A stretch of 40,614 bases of DNA from Emiliania huxleyi CCMP1516 (GCF_000372725.1 NW_005201092.1:718564-759177), one strand, 5' to 3'; shown: positions 10,699-22,189, counted from the first letter of the stretch. Made by a program: numbers and translations. The notes: generated by a model from the letters alone, not told the origin.

Positions 10699-11709
10699 CT
10701 ACCACGGGGAGGTCTCTCTCCGCCTATGCCGTGCCGCGTGGACATCCAGGATGCACGCCACCTCGCGTTGATATTTGCAAGACCTGCCAGCTCGAACGAT
10801 CTCCGGGATGCAGCACTTTTTTGCGCCGCCATCCCTCTTCTTGCACCCGCCCCCACCGCACTTGCCGCATCCTTTTGAGCAGCAGACTGCGCCCTTTGGG
10901 TCGGCGATTCCTTTCTCGCACATCCCTTTCGCAGCTGGCTTCTTACTCTCCTCCTCCTTTGCATTGGACGCACTCTGTTCGACGGCTCCGCAGAAGGACG
11001 GGACGGCAAAGTGGCTCATCTTCCTCGCCCGCTTGTCTGTTAGGTTGCAGCTCGCGTCGTTCGGGTTCCAAGTGTAAAAGGCACAGTTGTGCGTTTCGCT
11101 GCACCGCGTTGCGCACTTTGAAGCGGTCGACTCGCGCGTCTGGCCCCACAGGTTACTCAGCAGAAGGCTCCCGCGGCTTGGCTGAAAGCGGCAGGCCCGC
11201 TCGGCCGGCACTCCGCACACTGCCTCCTTGGTGACAACCTTGTTCGAGCTCCGCGCCGAAACGTGGCAGCCGTGGTCCTGCCACCAGGACCAGTACGCAC
11301 ACCCGGGCAGCTTGCGACATCGCGCCGCGCACGACTCGGCAGACTTTGCTATCGTGCGTGGCCCCGCCGAGTGCAATGGCTGGTAGCTGCAGCGGGGCTC
11401 ATGCGGAAAGTCGACGAGATTGGTGAGGTGGCAAGCCACGTCGTCGCGAGAGCGGCACGCCGTCCCAAATTTGTGGGGACAGCAACGCTCGGGGCCGCCC
11501 TGTCGCGAAGCGCAGCGGCTTCCCACACCATGCCGGCCCCGGCAAGCACCGCACTCCGCTGCGCAGCACGCCGTTCCGCTCTCGTCCCGAACGCCCCTCC
11601 TGCACATGTCCGTCTCGAGAGGCGACAGCTGCTGCACCATCGACTCGTTGCTGAGGCTCTGCAGAAGCGCGGCGGCAAGTGAGAGAATGCTCGCCGACGC
11701 GACGGACAT
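10699..11709 (-). CDS. secreted Cys-rich protein with two PAN/apple domains flanked by two CC-xxx-CGxC...GG...CC modules
   Basis: Signal peptide; PAN motifs SAESCAARCRKLPGCAYWSW and TASKCATRCSETHNCAFYTW; repeated Cys module near both ends. Confidence 0.8.
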   Translation of the reverse strand: MSVASASILSLAAALLQSLSNESMVQQLSPLETDMCRRGVRDESGTACCAAECGACRGRHGVGSRCASRQGGPERCCPHKFGTACRSRDDVACHLTNLVDFPHEPRCSYQPLHSAGPRTIAKSAESCAARCRKLPGCAYWSWWQDHGCHVSARSSNKVVTKEAVCGVPAERACRFQPSRGSLLLSNLWGQTRESTASKCATRCSETHNCAFYTWNPNDASCNLTDKRARKMSHFAVPSFCGAVEQSASNAKEEESKKPAAKGMCEKGIADPKGAVCCSKGCGKCGGGGCKKRDGGAKKCCIPEIVRAGRSCKYQREVACILDVHAARHRRRETSPW

Positions 11710-12081
11710 TTTGCGGGACGGTCGGAAGTTTGCAGCTTGACACCCAAGTGTTGAGCACCGGTGACTGTGGGAATGGGGAAGCAGAGTTCAGATCAGTCGA
11801 GGGAGTGTGATCTCCCTCATCCTCAACGGGCGTCCAATCGCAATCGGATTTACTACGGCGGTGGTCCAATGGTAATCCGCATATTGGACGTAGTATCCGT
11901 GTAGGAATTTGTCTCGTTCAGCACCCAGAGAGGCGCTGGAGATTTTTAGAACCAATCAAAGTAGTTGGCTTCTTTAGGTCCTTGCAATAGGAGGTTGGGT
12001 ACCCCACATCTCGCCTTATCGCTTCGCTGCGGGCCAAACCCCTCATCCGCTGCGGAGCCCGAACCCATCGGCCACCATCTG

Positions 12082-13723
12082 ATGGCGATCCCACCCGCGT
12101 TGCCCTCACCAAAGCTGCCGCTGCTGCCGCCAGCCTCGTCCTTCGCTGCCTTCATCGCCGCGCAGGCCGAGACGTGCCCTCCGCGCCGCGCCTTCTCCGG
12201 AGCCGCGCCGTTTGTCGCATACTCTGCAGCCGAGGCGGCGTCCAAGGCGCCGCCGCTCGTGTACCGCGAGAAGGTGCTCTTCGACTGCCTCAGCCCGGGC
12301 AACGCGAGCATATCGGTCACACTCGCTTTGCTTCCCGCCGTCGCCGCCGAGCTGGTGCGCGCAAACATCCTGCCGGCGGGGGATTTCTCGAACGCGCCGC
12401 CTCCCGAGCCGGAGCCGTTTGACTGGATGCTGATGCTTCAGAACGCCGCGCTCGCGCTCGCGCGCGACCTGCTCTCGAAGGTGACGCAGCAGTTCATCGA
12501 GATTCGCGCAAAGCTGCGTGTGCCGCAGTGCGCTCTCCTGCCCGCGCCGGCGCGCCCGTGTCTGCGCCGTGAGTCTGCGCCGTGAGCGGGTCCGCGTCTC
12601 CCGCACGGCTGCAGGTGGGTCCACATGGAGCTGATCAAGCACGTGCCCACCTTCAGCGAGTACCTGCACGGTAAGCCTCATCTCTCCATCAAGTCCTCCC
12701 TCGCCGGCCGCTGGCGCGCGGCGCGCGGCGTCGCGCTGAGCAAGGTTGCGCCGTCACACCCTCCCCGCTGCCGCCGCACACCCTCCCTCCGCCGTCGCAC
12801 GCGCGTCGCCACGACCGCCCTCTCCTCGTCCGCCCTCTCCGCCACCCTCCCCGCCTCCACCTACCCCACCTCCGTCTCCGCCTCTGCCGCCACCGCCTCC
12901 GCGCTTCCCTGCACAGGTTGCCTACGCCAACAGGACTCTCGGCTTGTTCGTCGCGGACGCGGCGCTCCTCGCCACACGCCAGCTGCACCTCGGCCGCACC
13001 TCGGCCGCACCTCGGCCGCACCTCGGCCGCGCCTCGGCCGCGCCTCGGCCGCGCCTCGGCCGCACCTCGGCCGCACCTTGGCCGCGCCTCGGCGGAACCT
13101 CGGCCGCACCTCTTTCTGCAGTTGCTCGTGGACGGCGCGCGTCTCCTCTTCCCAGCCGACTGCCGCACGCGCCTCGTCTACGTCGCCGGGCCGTAGATGC
13201 TGCACCGCAGCGCTGCCCTACCGGCCCGTGTGCTCCTCCCCGCAAGGCCCGGACTCACACCCCCATTCGCCGTGTCCCCCACTCCAGGCGTCGGACGACC
13301 CTGCCGTCGCGAGCTTCGTGCGCGACTGTCCGCCCGAGGTGGTCGAGGGCTGTGAGCGGCGCCTCTTCACGAGTGCGGTGGTGTGGGCAGGTGCGCAACT
13401 TCAAGCTCAAAGTCGGGAAGCACGCCCTCTCCGGCTGCCTCTCGTGCGCCGCTGCCGCGCGGACGGGACGCCGCTCGTCGGGCACTGCTCACCCCTCCCC
13501 TGCCGCACCTGCTGCGCCACAGGTACGTGCTCGGAGTGGTGACGCCGCTACTGCTGCCCACGCCGTGCGGCCTCCTCGCCGGCGCCTGCGCGTGTATGCG
13601 GTCCGCGCCTCACGCCCTCGTCGCGCGATCAGGTGCCCCTTCTTCGTCGGCTTCTTGCTCGGGGACGTGGTCGCCGTCTTCGCCGCAGAGGCGGCGGTGG
13701 CCAAGTACGGCGAGATCAAATGA
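12082..13723 (+). CDS. multi-exon hypothetical protein with C-terminal hydrophobic segments
   Basis: Protein-like exon blocks (MAIPPALP...IRAKLR; WVHMELIKHVPTFSEYLHG; VAYANRTLGLF; ASDDPAVASFV; YVLGVVTPLLL; CPFFVGFLLGDVV...YGEIK*) separated by pyrimidine-rich introns ending in CAG. Exact junctions are uncertain. Confidence 0.6.
12985..13110. repeat. intronic 11-bp tandem repeat (gcacctcggcc), about 11 copies
   Basis: Read directly; ends just before a tttctgcag acceptor. Confidence 0.9.
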
Positions 13724-14570
13724 AGAGCCGCCCCTCGCAGCAGAGGGAGGGGCGGGGGGGACCGCGGAGAGGCTCGGCTCCGCTCTGCGGCGCGGGCAGC
13801 ATGGAGAGAGAGGAGGGGGCGAGCGGGGCGGGGCGGGTTCTCGAACTGAGCCGTCTCTCGCGCGGGGAGGTGGCGCGGCGCCTCGAGGGGCCGGCGGCGG
13901 CGGCGGAGAGAGCGGCGCAGCGGCGAGAGGGGCGCGGCCCCGCCGCAGTGCGCGCGGGTGCCTCTGCAATGCGGAGGCCGGAGAGGGACGGGCCCACACC
14001 CATGCGCCACGCCGGCCTGGCCGCATGCGCCGGCCTCCGAACTTGTCTGTACTTTTTGTCAGTATCCGGATCATTTTTGGGTCTGAACAACTTTGTCAAG
14101 CGCAACAACTTCAACCTGCTGCAGAGCGCATCTCTCTCTCTGTTGTGCGAGGCGTGAACCGCGCCATTCGCTCTCTCACCTGGCAACCCTGCGTGTCTGC
14201 ACGTCTCGCGCGAGCGTGAACAGGGCTCGAGGAACAGGGCGACCGCCCACGCGCCCAAAGCAAACTTTAAACCACCATAAAGATCAGTCTGCAGGGGCGC
14301 GGCAGGGGCGACAAGCGGCAGCGGCAGGAGTACGCGGCAGGCGTGCGGACGTGCCGGCTGGAGACGATTCGTGGCGCCAACTGCCTTGGGAGGCGCCCGC
14401 CGAGACGTGCGCGACGATCGCGAAGTTTTGCGCGGAGGTGGCTGATTAGAGTCTCCTCCTGAAGAGTGACGCTATTTCGTGCACATGACAGCTGGGACAC
14501 TCGACTCGTCACGCACACACGTGTTGGTGTTCATGATTCCACGACCAACGCGTGCGAGGAGGGCATGCAG

Positions 14571-14981
14571 CTATTCCTGATGTGGCTGTACGATCTCAGA
14601 GGGGATTCGATCGCACGCGTTGCGGCTGGTGCCGACACACTGCTGTGGCTCTCGGAAGCCAACCCAAACGCCGCAAGCGATAAAAGCGGCGAGCAGGATG
14701 AAGATGAAGCACCAGGAAATGCGCCGGTAGCAACGGCTCTCTTGCACGTTGATATGCACTTGCTGCTGTGTGGGTACAGCGAGCACCACAGCTGGATCGT
14801 GTACAGCGAGGCTTGGAGGCAGAACCTCACCGATCACTCGTGCAAGGCGCTCGTGAGCGTCAGAGGGCGATTTGGTAAGAGTGGATTCGGAATGGCCAAG
14901 TTGACCGAAGCGTGAGGTGTCGCCGTACGACGGTGGAGGCACGTCGTCGTCAGAGTCCTCTTTGCTGACTGGTAAGGGCAT
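14571..14981 (-). CDS. small single-pass membrane protein with PPxY motif
   Basis: ATG at 14981; DDDVPPPSY near the N-terminus; TM ISWCFIFILLAAFIACGVWVGF preceded by RR. Confidence 0.55.
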   Translation of the reverse strand: MPLPVSKEDSDDDVPPPSYGDTSRFGQLGHSESTLTKSPSDAHERLARVIGEVLPPSLAVHDPAVVLAVPTQQQVHINVQESRCYRRISWCFIFILLAAFIACGVWVGFREPQQCVGTSRNACDRIPSEIVQPHQE

Positions 14982-16471
14982 GTATTCAGCACTGACGGCC
15001 GAAGGGCGTGGCAAGATGGGACGCGGAAGCGAAACCTTGTGAACTTCAGTAGTTTTTCTTTATTGCTTGCCGAGGTGGCTGAGCTCAAGTGTGGGATGTG
15101 GTGTGTGTTGGATGTGGAGACCACACACTCCAACTAGAAGCGATACTACACACTACATCGGTCTACACAGGGTGTAGGGGTGTCAGGCGCGGAGAGCGCC
15201 GGCGCGGCGCGCCGCGGAGAAAATGATGCGCGAAGCACAGGCAGCCAGATGCGATTTCTGTTGAGTTTTGGCTCCGCCCCAAGGCCAGCCGGCGCGCTCC
15301 TCCGCGCGCGCAATATCGAGCGCCGGCGCGCTCCGCGGCGCGCGTGAACAGGGCTAGTGCTGCCGCGAGAACGCCAGCCAGGTACGACATGTCTCGTGTA
15401 GACTCCTCCTGGGTCATGGTCGGTCATATGCAGGACGGCCAGAGTCGCCCACATCGCCTACGCGGTCCCGAGTGTGGTCAGGCTGATACACCGCGACTCA
15501 ACGGTTGAGTGCGGCCAGCGCACACAAAAGTCGTCGACTGCGGCCTGGCGCGGTGATCATAGGTGCTGGAGACCAGACAGTATGAGCCTGTAACCTGGGC
15601 ACGCATGAACTCGGTACCTACATTCGCAGAGGCCCGGCAAGGATGGGATCTAGTAGAGTGATTGCGCACTGAGACCGTGCTCCGTGGGTCGCTGGAATGA
15701 CCTGAAAGGCATCCTCAGTGCCGCTGCTCGACTCTCCAGTGTCACAGCCGATGCCTGTGACCTGGTCACCGCCGATGCCTGTGACCTGGTCACCGCCGCA
15801 CGCAGGTTGAGATCCGCGCCTCCTTCCCTTATTTGTTCGCCTGTATTTGCAAATACGGAGGCGTACGCAACTGTCTGCACGTCTCGCGCGCGCGTGAACA
15901 GGGCGATCGGGCCAAGACTAAGGCTGCAGGCGTCGGCCCCGGCTGCTGCGAGGGCCCTCCCGTTGAGGTGTCCATCTTATGTGCAGTGGGGCTACAACTG
16001 AGCGCGTCGGCAGGATCCGCAAAACCGTCGTAAACCCCCCAAAATTGAATTCGACCGCCCAAAGCTGTCCTGCGCACCCCGCCCCGCTCGCAGGGCGTGC
16101 ATCACACAGGTACAGGTGGACTGTGTGACTCCTCGGGGTTTCTGGGGACTCTTGACAGAGGTGTGAGAGAGAGAGGTGAGAGAGAGAGTTTGTTGTTTGA
16201 GGTGTGCGATTCCTACCACTTGGAGCACCCGGGTGTTTTCTCCTTTTTTTGGGCTGCAGCACAAACGTCAACAACACTGGCGAGTAGAGACCACGCCTGC
16301 TATTCACAGCACAAGCCCTCGCCGAGGGCTCGAGCATGCATGCGCAGCGAAAAGCACGGACCCCGGTGTGAAAGGGCTCGCACCTCAACCTCTCACAGGC
16401 CAGCGCACAGCGCCATACGAGGTATTTTCTTCTCAATAACAAGGCCGTGAAAAAGTCACGCGTGGCTCGAC

Positions 16472-17227
16472 ATGCCCAGCGCCCCCGCCGGGCTCCCGCT
16501 CGGCAGCGTGGTCTTCCCTGGCGACCGCGTCGCGCGCGTCGCCGACTTCGAGCGCGTGCTGCTCGGCTCCGGCGTCCGGCGCGAGGGGCCGCTCCTCGTG
16601 TCGACGAGGGCCGGCGTGCTCGGCTGGGACACCGAGTCGTCGCGGCTGTGGGTCGAGGCGGAGCAGCGGCGGTACGTTCCCGTGCTGGGCGATCATGTGA
16701 TTGGCGTCGTCGCTGAGAAGCACGCCGACGAGTACCGCGTCGACCTCGGCGCCGCCGCGCCAGCCACGCTGCCCGTGCTCAGCTTTGACGGCGCGACCAA
16801 GCGCAACCGGCCGCACCTCGCGGTGGGCGCGTTGGTGTACGCGCGCGTGGTGGTGGCCAACAAGGACATGGATCCGGAGATCAGCTGCGCTGCGCCGCCC
16901 GGCGTCTCGTCCCGCGACTGGGTGACGCGCGAGTCGCTCTTCGGCGAGCTGCTGGGCGGATACTCGTTCGATTGCCCGAGCGGGCTATGCCGCGCGATGG
17001 CGGCGGACGCGCCCTGCCCGCTGCTGGAGGCGCTCGGCGCCGTGGCCGCCTTCGAGGTGGCGGTCGGCGTCAACGGCCGCGTCTGGGTCGACGCGGCGCA
17101 GGCCTCAATGCTCATCCTCTCGCAGCAGGCGATGCTGCTCTGCCACACGCACCCGCCCGAGTCGCACCAGAGGCTCGTGCAGACGCTGGCGGGAGGGAGT
17201 GACGGCTACCGCGGCGAGGGAGGGTGA
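16472..17227 (+). CDS. RRP40: exosome complex component RRP40 (EXOSC3)
   Basis: VVFPGD; RRYVPVLGDHVIGVV; SFDGATKRNRPHL...LVYARV (S1 domain); FEVAVGVNGRVWV (KH domain). Confidence 0.95.
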   Translation: MPSAPAGLPLGSVVFPGDRVARVADFERVLLGSGVRREGPLLVSTRAGVLGWDTESSRLWVEAEQRRYVPVLGDHVIGVVAEKHADEYRVDLGAAAPATLPVLSFDGATKRNRPHLAVGALVYARVVVANKDMDPEISCAAPPGVSSRDWVTRESLFGELLGGYSFDCPSGLCRAMAADAPCPLLEALGAVAAFEVAVGVNGRVWVDAAQASMLILSQQAMLLCHTHPPESHQRLVQTLAGGSDGYRGEGG

Positions 17228-17596
17228 ACCGGGACCGTACATGGAGGCGCGCGAGACAGCGAGAGACAGCGAGAGACAGCGAGAGGTGCAGCTGACGCAG
17301 AGAGAGCCCGGCGCCATCGCGCGGATTCGTGAACGAGTTGCAAAATCGAAAGCGAACGTATGCGGTTTGGTGTTTTGGTGAGACACACTGGATACAGTCT
17401 GTTGACATACCCGCCAATGACTCGTGGGTGAGGTCTTTCGAGTCTCTCGTCGACACGGCGCCGGGGGGCTCCGATTCTCCGAAGGCCATGTCGAGAGGGG
17501 TGCGCAACGACACCGACACACCGTGCGGGGACCGGGGCCCCGGGCGGAGTCGTATATGGTTGGCCGCGGGGCTGAAAGCGCGCAGCGAGCCAGGCG

Positions 17597-20461
17597 CTAC
17601 CTGTCTGGTGACGGCGAGCGCCGGTCATCCTCGTCGCTCTCGTCACCGGTCGCGCTGTCGCTGAAGTCGCCGTCCTGCCCTTCGCGCAGCCGCGTGAGCA
17701 TCTCGTCGAGGGCGAGGATCTGGAGCAGCAGCCCGTGCGGGCCCTCGTCGTACGTCCGGAGCCTGCGGCCACGGGTCGTTGGGAGGGGCCGAAGCGTGGC
17801 TGCGTGCCGCATCGAGTCGGCTTTCAGCGAGGGCCGAGATGGATGCCGAGCGGGAGACTGGGGCGTGGGTGAGGGGAGAGGCGACGTGTCGAGGAGGAGG
17901 GTAATGCCGCGTCACAGGGGCGTGGCTTGTCCCCAACATGCCGCCGCACCTGCCTCGCCGGCCCGACTCGAACGAGTCCCAGAACGCCTCCGCCTCCGCC
18001 TCCCGCCGGACGCCCAGCTCAGGGTATGCGGCGAGGGACGCGTACAGCGGCGCGGAGGAGCCGAGCGGGCCGCGCCGCAGCGGTCGGCCGTGCTCGTCGT
18101 ACCCGTGCAGCGCCAGCCTGAGGAACAGAGGACCGAGACGGCTCGTTGGGACGGACTCCGCCGAGCGCGCGCGACTCAGCACGCCGCGCGGGCCCGTGCA
18201 GCGCGTAGAGCCGCCGCTGCTGCTCTCGCTTGGCCGCGTTCATCGACGCGAGCATGAAGAGCATCATCGCCTAATTAACTAACGAACATAATTAACATGA
18301 ACCAGTTCATTCGACGCGAGCACGAAGCGCATCATCGCCAGCGAGAGGAAGCGCATCGACAGCATCGACAGCGCGGCGCGCGAGCGGAACATGAAGGCGA
18401 CGTAGAAGGAGAGCTTCAGCGCCGCCTCCTCCAGCCGCGTGTACCGAGGGTCCACCCATCCGTACTCGCCTGGGGGACGTGTCACGGACATGTCGCGGGC
18501 ATGTCACCGACATGTCATGGGAGATCGCCGATAGCCGTACTCGCCTCCGCTCGCGCCGGGCGGAAGCCGCAGGATCTCGGTCGCCTTAGGGCCAGGGCCA
18601 GGGGTGAGGTTAGGGTCAGGGTTGGGGTTGGGGTCAGGGTTGGGGTTAGGGTCAGGGTTGGGGTTGGGGTCAGGGCAAGGGTTAGGGTTAGGGTCAGGGA
18701 CAGGGGTAAGGTCAGGGCCAGGGTCAGGGGTAGGGAAGGGTCAGGGGTAGAGCGGCAGGGGGTTGGGCACCCGCAGGATCTCGGGTCGCCTGAGCGGCTC
18801 GTGTTGTGCGGCTCGTGTTGTCTCGTGTTGTCTCGTATTGTCTCGTGTTGTCTCGTGTTATCTCAGTCCATCTGGTGTGCTCTCGGCACCCTCCTCGCCT
18901 TGCGCGAGAAGTGCAGCGCGTGGGACTCGGACAGCAGGCCCGAGCAGCGCGGGGCGACGAGCACCTGTTCGCGGCAGGAGCCGTGAACACCTCCCCTATT
19001 AATTATTAACTATTAATGATCGCGGGGCGACGAGCACCTGTCCGCAGCAGGAGCCGTGAACAGCGCCGTCAACAGCGGCGCGGGCTGCGGCGAGCAGCGG
19101 TGGGGGAGGAGCGCCTCCGCCACGGAGGGCGAGAGCAGGAGCAGCGAGGTCAGCTCCCACGAGCGGGGGGAGCGGTGCAGCCAGGAGCGCAGCAGGTGCG
19201 AGCCGTAGGCGTGGCGGGAGGGGGCGGCGGCGGGCAGCGCCGGCGCGACGAGGACGGCGAGGCGGCAGGCGGAGATGCGAGCGAGGAGCGTGAGGTTGGC
19301 CTGGGAGGGGGGGGGGGGGGTGCGGGCTGTGGGGGGGCTGAGGAANNNNNNNNNNNNNNNNNNNNNNNNNNNNNNNNNNNNNNNNNNNNNNNNNNNNNNN
19401 NNNNNNNNNNNNNNNNNNNNNNNNNNNNNNNNNNNNNNNNNNNNNNNNNNNNNNNNNNNNNNNNNNNNNNNNNNNNNNNNNNNNNNNNNNNNNNNNNNNN
19501 NNNNNNNNNNNNNNNNNNNNNNNNNNNNNNNNNNNNNNNNNNNNNNNNNNNNNNNNNNNNNNNNNNNNNNNNNNNNNNNNNNNNNNNNNNNNNNNNNNNN
19601 NNNNNNNNNNNNNNNNNNNNNNNNNNNNNNNNNNNNNNNNNNNNNNNNNNNNNNNNNNNNNNNNNNNNNNNNNNNNNNNNNNNNNNNNNNNNNTCGCGTT
19701 GCGAGAGCCACTCTGCCGCGCCGCTGCCGCCACGTCCGCTGCCGTGTCTGCCGCGCGCAGGAAGGCCTGTGGAGAGACAAGTCGCGGAAGCGTCGTGGAC
19801 GTGTCCAGGAAAGGCCTGCCGCGTGCGCAAGGGACGCCTCGTCGTCTGCGTCGTCGCGGCGCGGTGCGGAGGCGTTGGCAGAGGAGCCGGTCCCGCCAAC
19901 CGGCACCGCAGCCGGGGAGCTGATGCGCGCCGTGCTGGCGTTGGCGGGACCGGGCTCCGCCTTTGCTAATGCGGCGGCTGCAGCGGGCGCAGTGGCGGCG
20001 GCGGTGGAGGCGGCAGCGGAGGCGGAGGCGGACGCGGCGGACGCGGCGGACGCGCTGAGCTTGTCCTCCGGGCCTCTGCTCTCGCCCTCTGCGTCCTCCT
20101 CGACCGCTGCACCGCCCAGTGACGACACTGCCGCGGACACGCGATGGCGCGGGTGGTGCCGCCACACCGTCGAGTGGTTGATGCCTGGCTCGTCGAATGG
20201 GCCCGCCGCGTCGATGACGCGAATGAATGGGTCATCGTGCGGCACGTGGGGCAGGTGCTCGCGAGAGCGAGTGGTGTAGTGGTACCTGGCGCCAGGCGAG
20301 AGGAGGTCGGCATGAAGGACTGTGCGTGCTGGTGTGCGCGGGCGAGCAGCTCACTCGTAGTAGAGAGGCAGCAGCGAAGCGAGGCAGCCGAGGGCAAACA
20401 ACTTGTTCAGCAGCGAGCCGGGCGCTTTTTTCCTGCGACGCGAGGAGCCGGAGGCAGCCAT
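17597..20461 (-). CDS. multi-exon hypothetical membrane protein (many GC-AG introns; spans N gap)
   Basis: ATG at 20461 gives MAASGSSRRRKK...LFALGCLASLLPLYYE. In-phase introns at 20286-20354, 18470-18544, 18271-18338 and 18118-18211 give ...VLVAPRCSGLLSESHALHFSRK|ATEILRLPPGASGG|EYGWVDPRY...MRFLSL|AMMLFMLASMN...QQRR|LALHGYDEHG..., ending ...DESDEDDRRSPSPDR*. Confidence 0.65.
18586..18766 (+). repeat. interstitial degenerate telomere-like tract (TTAGGG/TCAGGG/TTGGGG)
   Basis: About 30 hexamer units including exact TTAGGG copies; lies within an intron. Confidence 0.85.
18798..18864. repeat. intronic 10-bp tandem repeat (tctcgtgttg), about 6 copies
   Basis: Read directly. Confidence 0.9.
19346..19693. 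other. assembly gap (348 N)
   Basis: N run. Confidence 1.
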
Positions 20462-20634
20462 GATGAGCGCCCGGCGAGAGCGCGACAGCAAGCCGAGACT
20501 GCTTGAAAAAAGAAATCTCAACGAATCGCGACAGCCACAGCTTGCAGCGCCGCCAGCCCCTGCCGCCGAGCCGCCAGCTGCGGAGCCGGCGACCAACATG
20601 ACGTACGCCGCCGCAGCCGCATTGCACCCGCAGG

Positions 20635-21213
20635 GTGCCACCGACCGCGGGAGGCCAGCCCGCCGCGCCTGCGGGCCCGGCCGCCGCCGCGCGCGTGCCG
20701 CCGCCGCCCAGCGGCGGCGGAGTGCGCGGCTGCACTTTCACTGTCCCTAATCCGGGAAGGAAGCGCGGGCAGCAGCAGCGCGGCAAGGGCCGCAGTGCCA
20801 GCGGCCGCGCCAGTGCTGGACCCCGGCTCGTCGACAAGAACGCGCTGTCGGCGCGCGGCGGCGGGCCCTCGCGCCAGTCGCGCTCTCCCTCACCGGACTC
20901 GCCGCCCGCCAAGCGGGCGTCCTCCGCCGACTCCTCCGGCTATGACACGGATCTACCGGACGAGGTGCAGCAGGAGGCGGTCCGCAGGGTCTGCGGCGCG
21001 CTCGGCCTGAAGGAGCAGTACGACGCGGCGGTGGCGGCGGGAGAGCTGCTCGAGCTGCTCGAGAGCCTGCCGCGAGGGACAGTCGAGGCCTCCATCCGGC
21101 TCATGCGGGGATACACCCGCACGGGCGAGTGGCCCGAGCCCATCCTACCCAGCCCTGCCCCGGAGCGCGGCCGATCGCCTAGAAGCCCCTCTGATGAGTG
21201 GTCAGATGAATAG
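20635..21213 (+). CDS. hypothetical protein (disordered N-terminal part, small helical C-terminal domain); start unresolved
   Basis: Protein-like segment YDTDLPDEVQQEAVRRVCGALGLKEQYDAAVAAGELLELLESLP; the nearest ATG (20598) is out of frame. Confidence 0.4.
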   Translation: MPPTAGGQPAAPAGPAAAARVPPPPSGGGVRGCTFTVPNPGRKRGQQQRGKGRSASGRASAGPRLVDKNALSARGGGPSRQSRSPSPDSPPAKRASSADSSGYDTDLPDEVQQEAVRRVCGALGLKEQYDAAVAAGELLELLESLPRGTVEASIRLMRGYTRTGEWPEPILPSPAPERGRSPRSPSDEWSDE

Positions 21214-21473
21214 TGCCCGAGAGCGAGGGATACGGAGGGGAGCACAAATAGGACGCCCAGCCTTGCCCTCGTGCCGCCGAGTGCGTATCCTATGCGAGAG
21301 AGATCCCCTGTGGCAGTGCCCGTGCCCAGCCCTCTCCGCGCCGCGATGCGCCCTCCCCCCTCGCTTTTGCAAAATCCTGCAAAGGTGGGGACGTGTCTGT
21401 CCTCGACCCAGCCCTAGCTTGGGATGTCCGTTTTATTTATTTATTTATTTATTTAGCCACAGCTTCCCCTTTA

Positions 21474-21778
21474 CAGCCTGACGAGTTCGCCGCGGCGAAC
21501 TGGCGAACTGGTTCGTGAACTGGTTCGGTGAACTCGCGGTTCGTTCGGTTTCGGAGTTCGCTCCGGACGGCATCCCCTTGGTTCGCTGCATCGGTTCGGT
21601 CGTTCGCCCTTGGGTGCCCGAACCCTCGAACTAGTTCGTGAACGCGAGCCTTTTCTTTTCTCCTCCCCCCCCCGACCCGCTTCACACCCGCAGGCCGAGG
21701 ACTACCAGGGAAGTTCGTCTGAACTGCGAACGAACCGCGAACGAACCGCAATATTTATTTTTTGGCTCTGCAGGCCTG
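21474..21778. mobile_element. MITE-like element rich in GTTCG/CGAAC
   Basis: TA|cagcctg ... caggcctg|TA ends; many GTTCG/CGAAC motifs in both orientations; non-coding. Confidence 0.45.
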
Positions 21779-22189
21779 TATAGTCCCAGTATAGTCCCTG
21801 GTTGCCTACTAGAGGCCTAGTACGCCTGGACGCCTCGGGGAGCCCCCGTCTCCCCCATTCTACTCGCCAGTCAGCACGCACGGCGCCCAGGCACCACAGG
21901 GCGGCCCTGCTCACAGCGCCTTCATGGAGTACATGGAACATGCGCAAAAACCACGCCAAGTACGCGATGGCGTGAGCAAGGAGGCGTCGAGGCTGAGCGC
22001 CCCCCCCCCCCCCCCTCCCCCTTTTCAATAGTCCGCGGCGGGCGGCGGCGCACCGGGGTAGTCGCGCCCGCAGTCCGCTAGATTGCAGACTGTCGCGGAC
22101 CGTCAGAATTGTGCTAGTGCCGCCTGTGTATATGGGCACCTGAGATTGAGGGCCAGACCGCGTCCGCACGCGGCACGTGGCGCAGTTGC

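Noticed and set aside
14466..14915. 149-aa plus-strand ORF
   Set aside because: The opposite-strand ORF has an ATG, a clear TM helix and a motif, so it is the better candidate.
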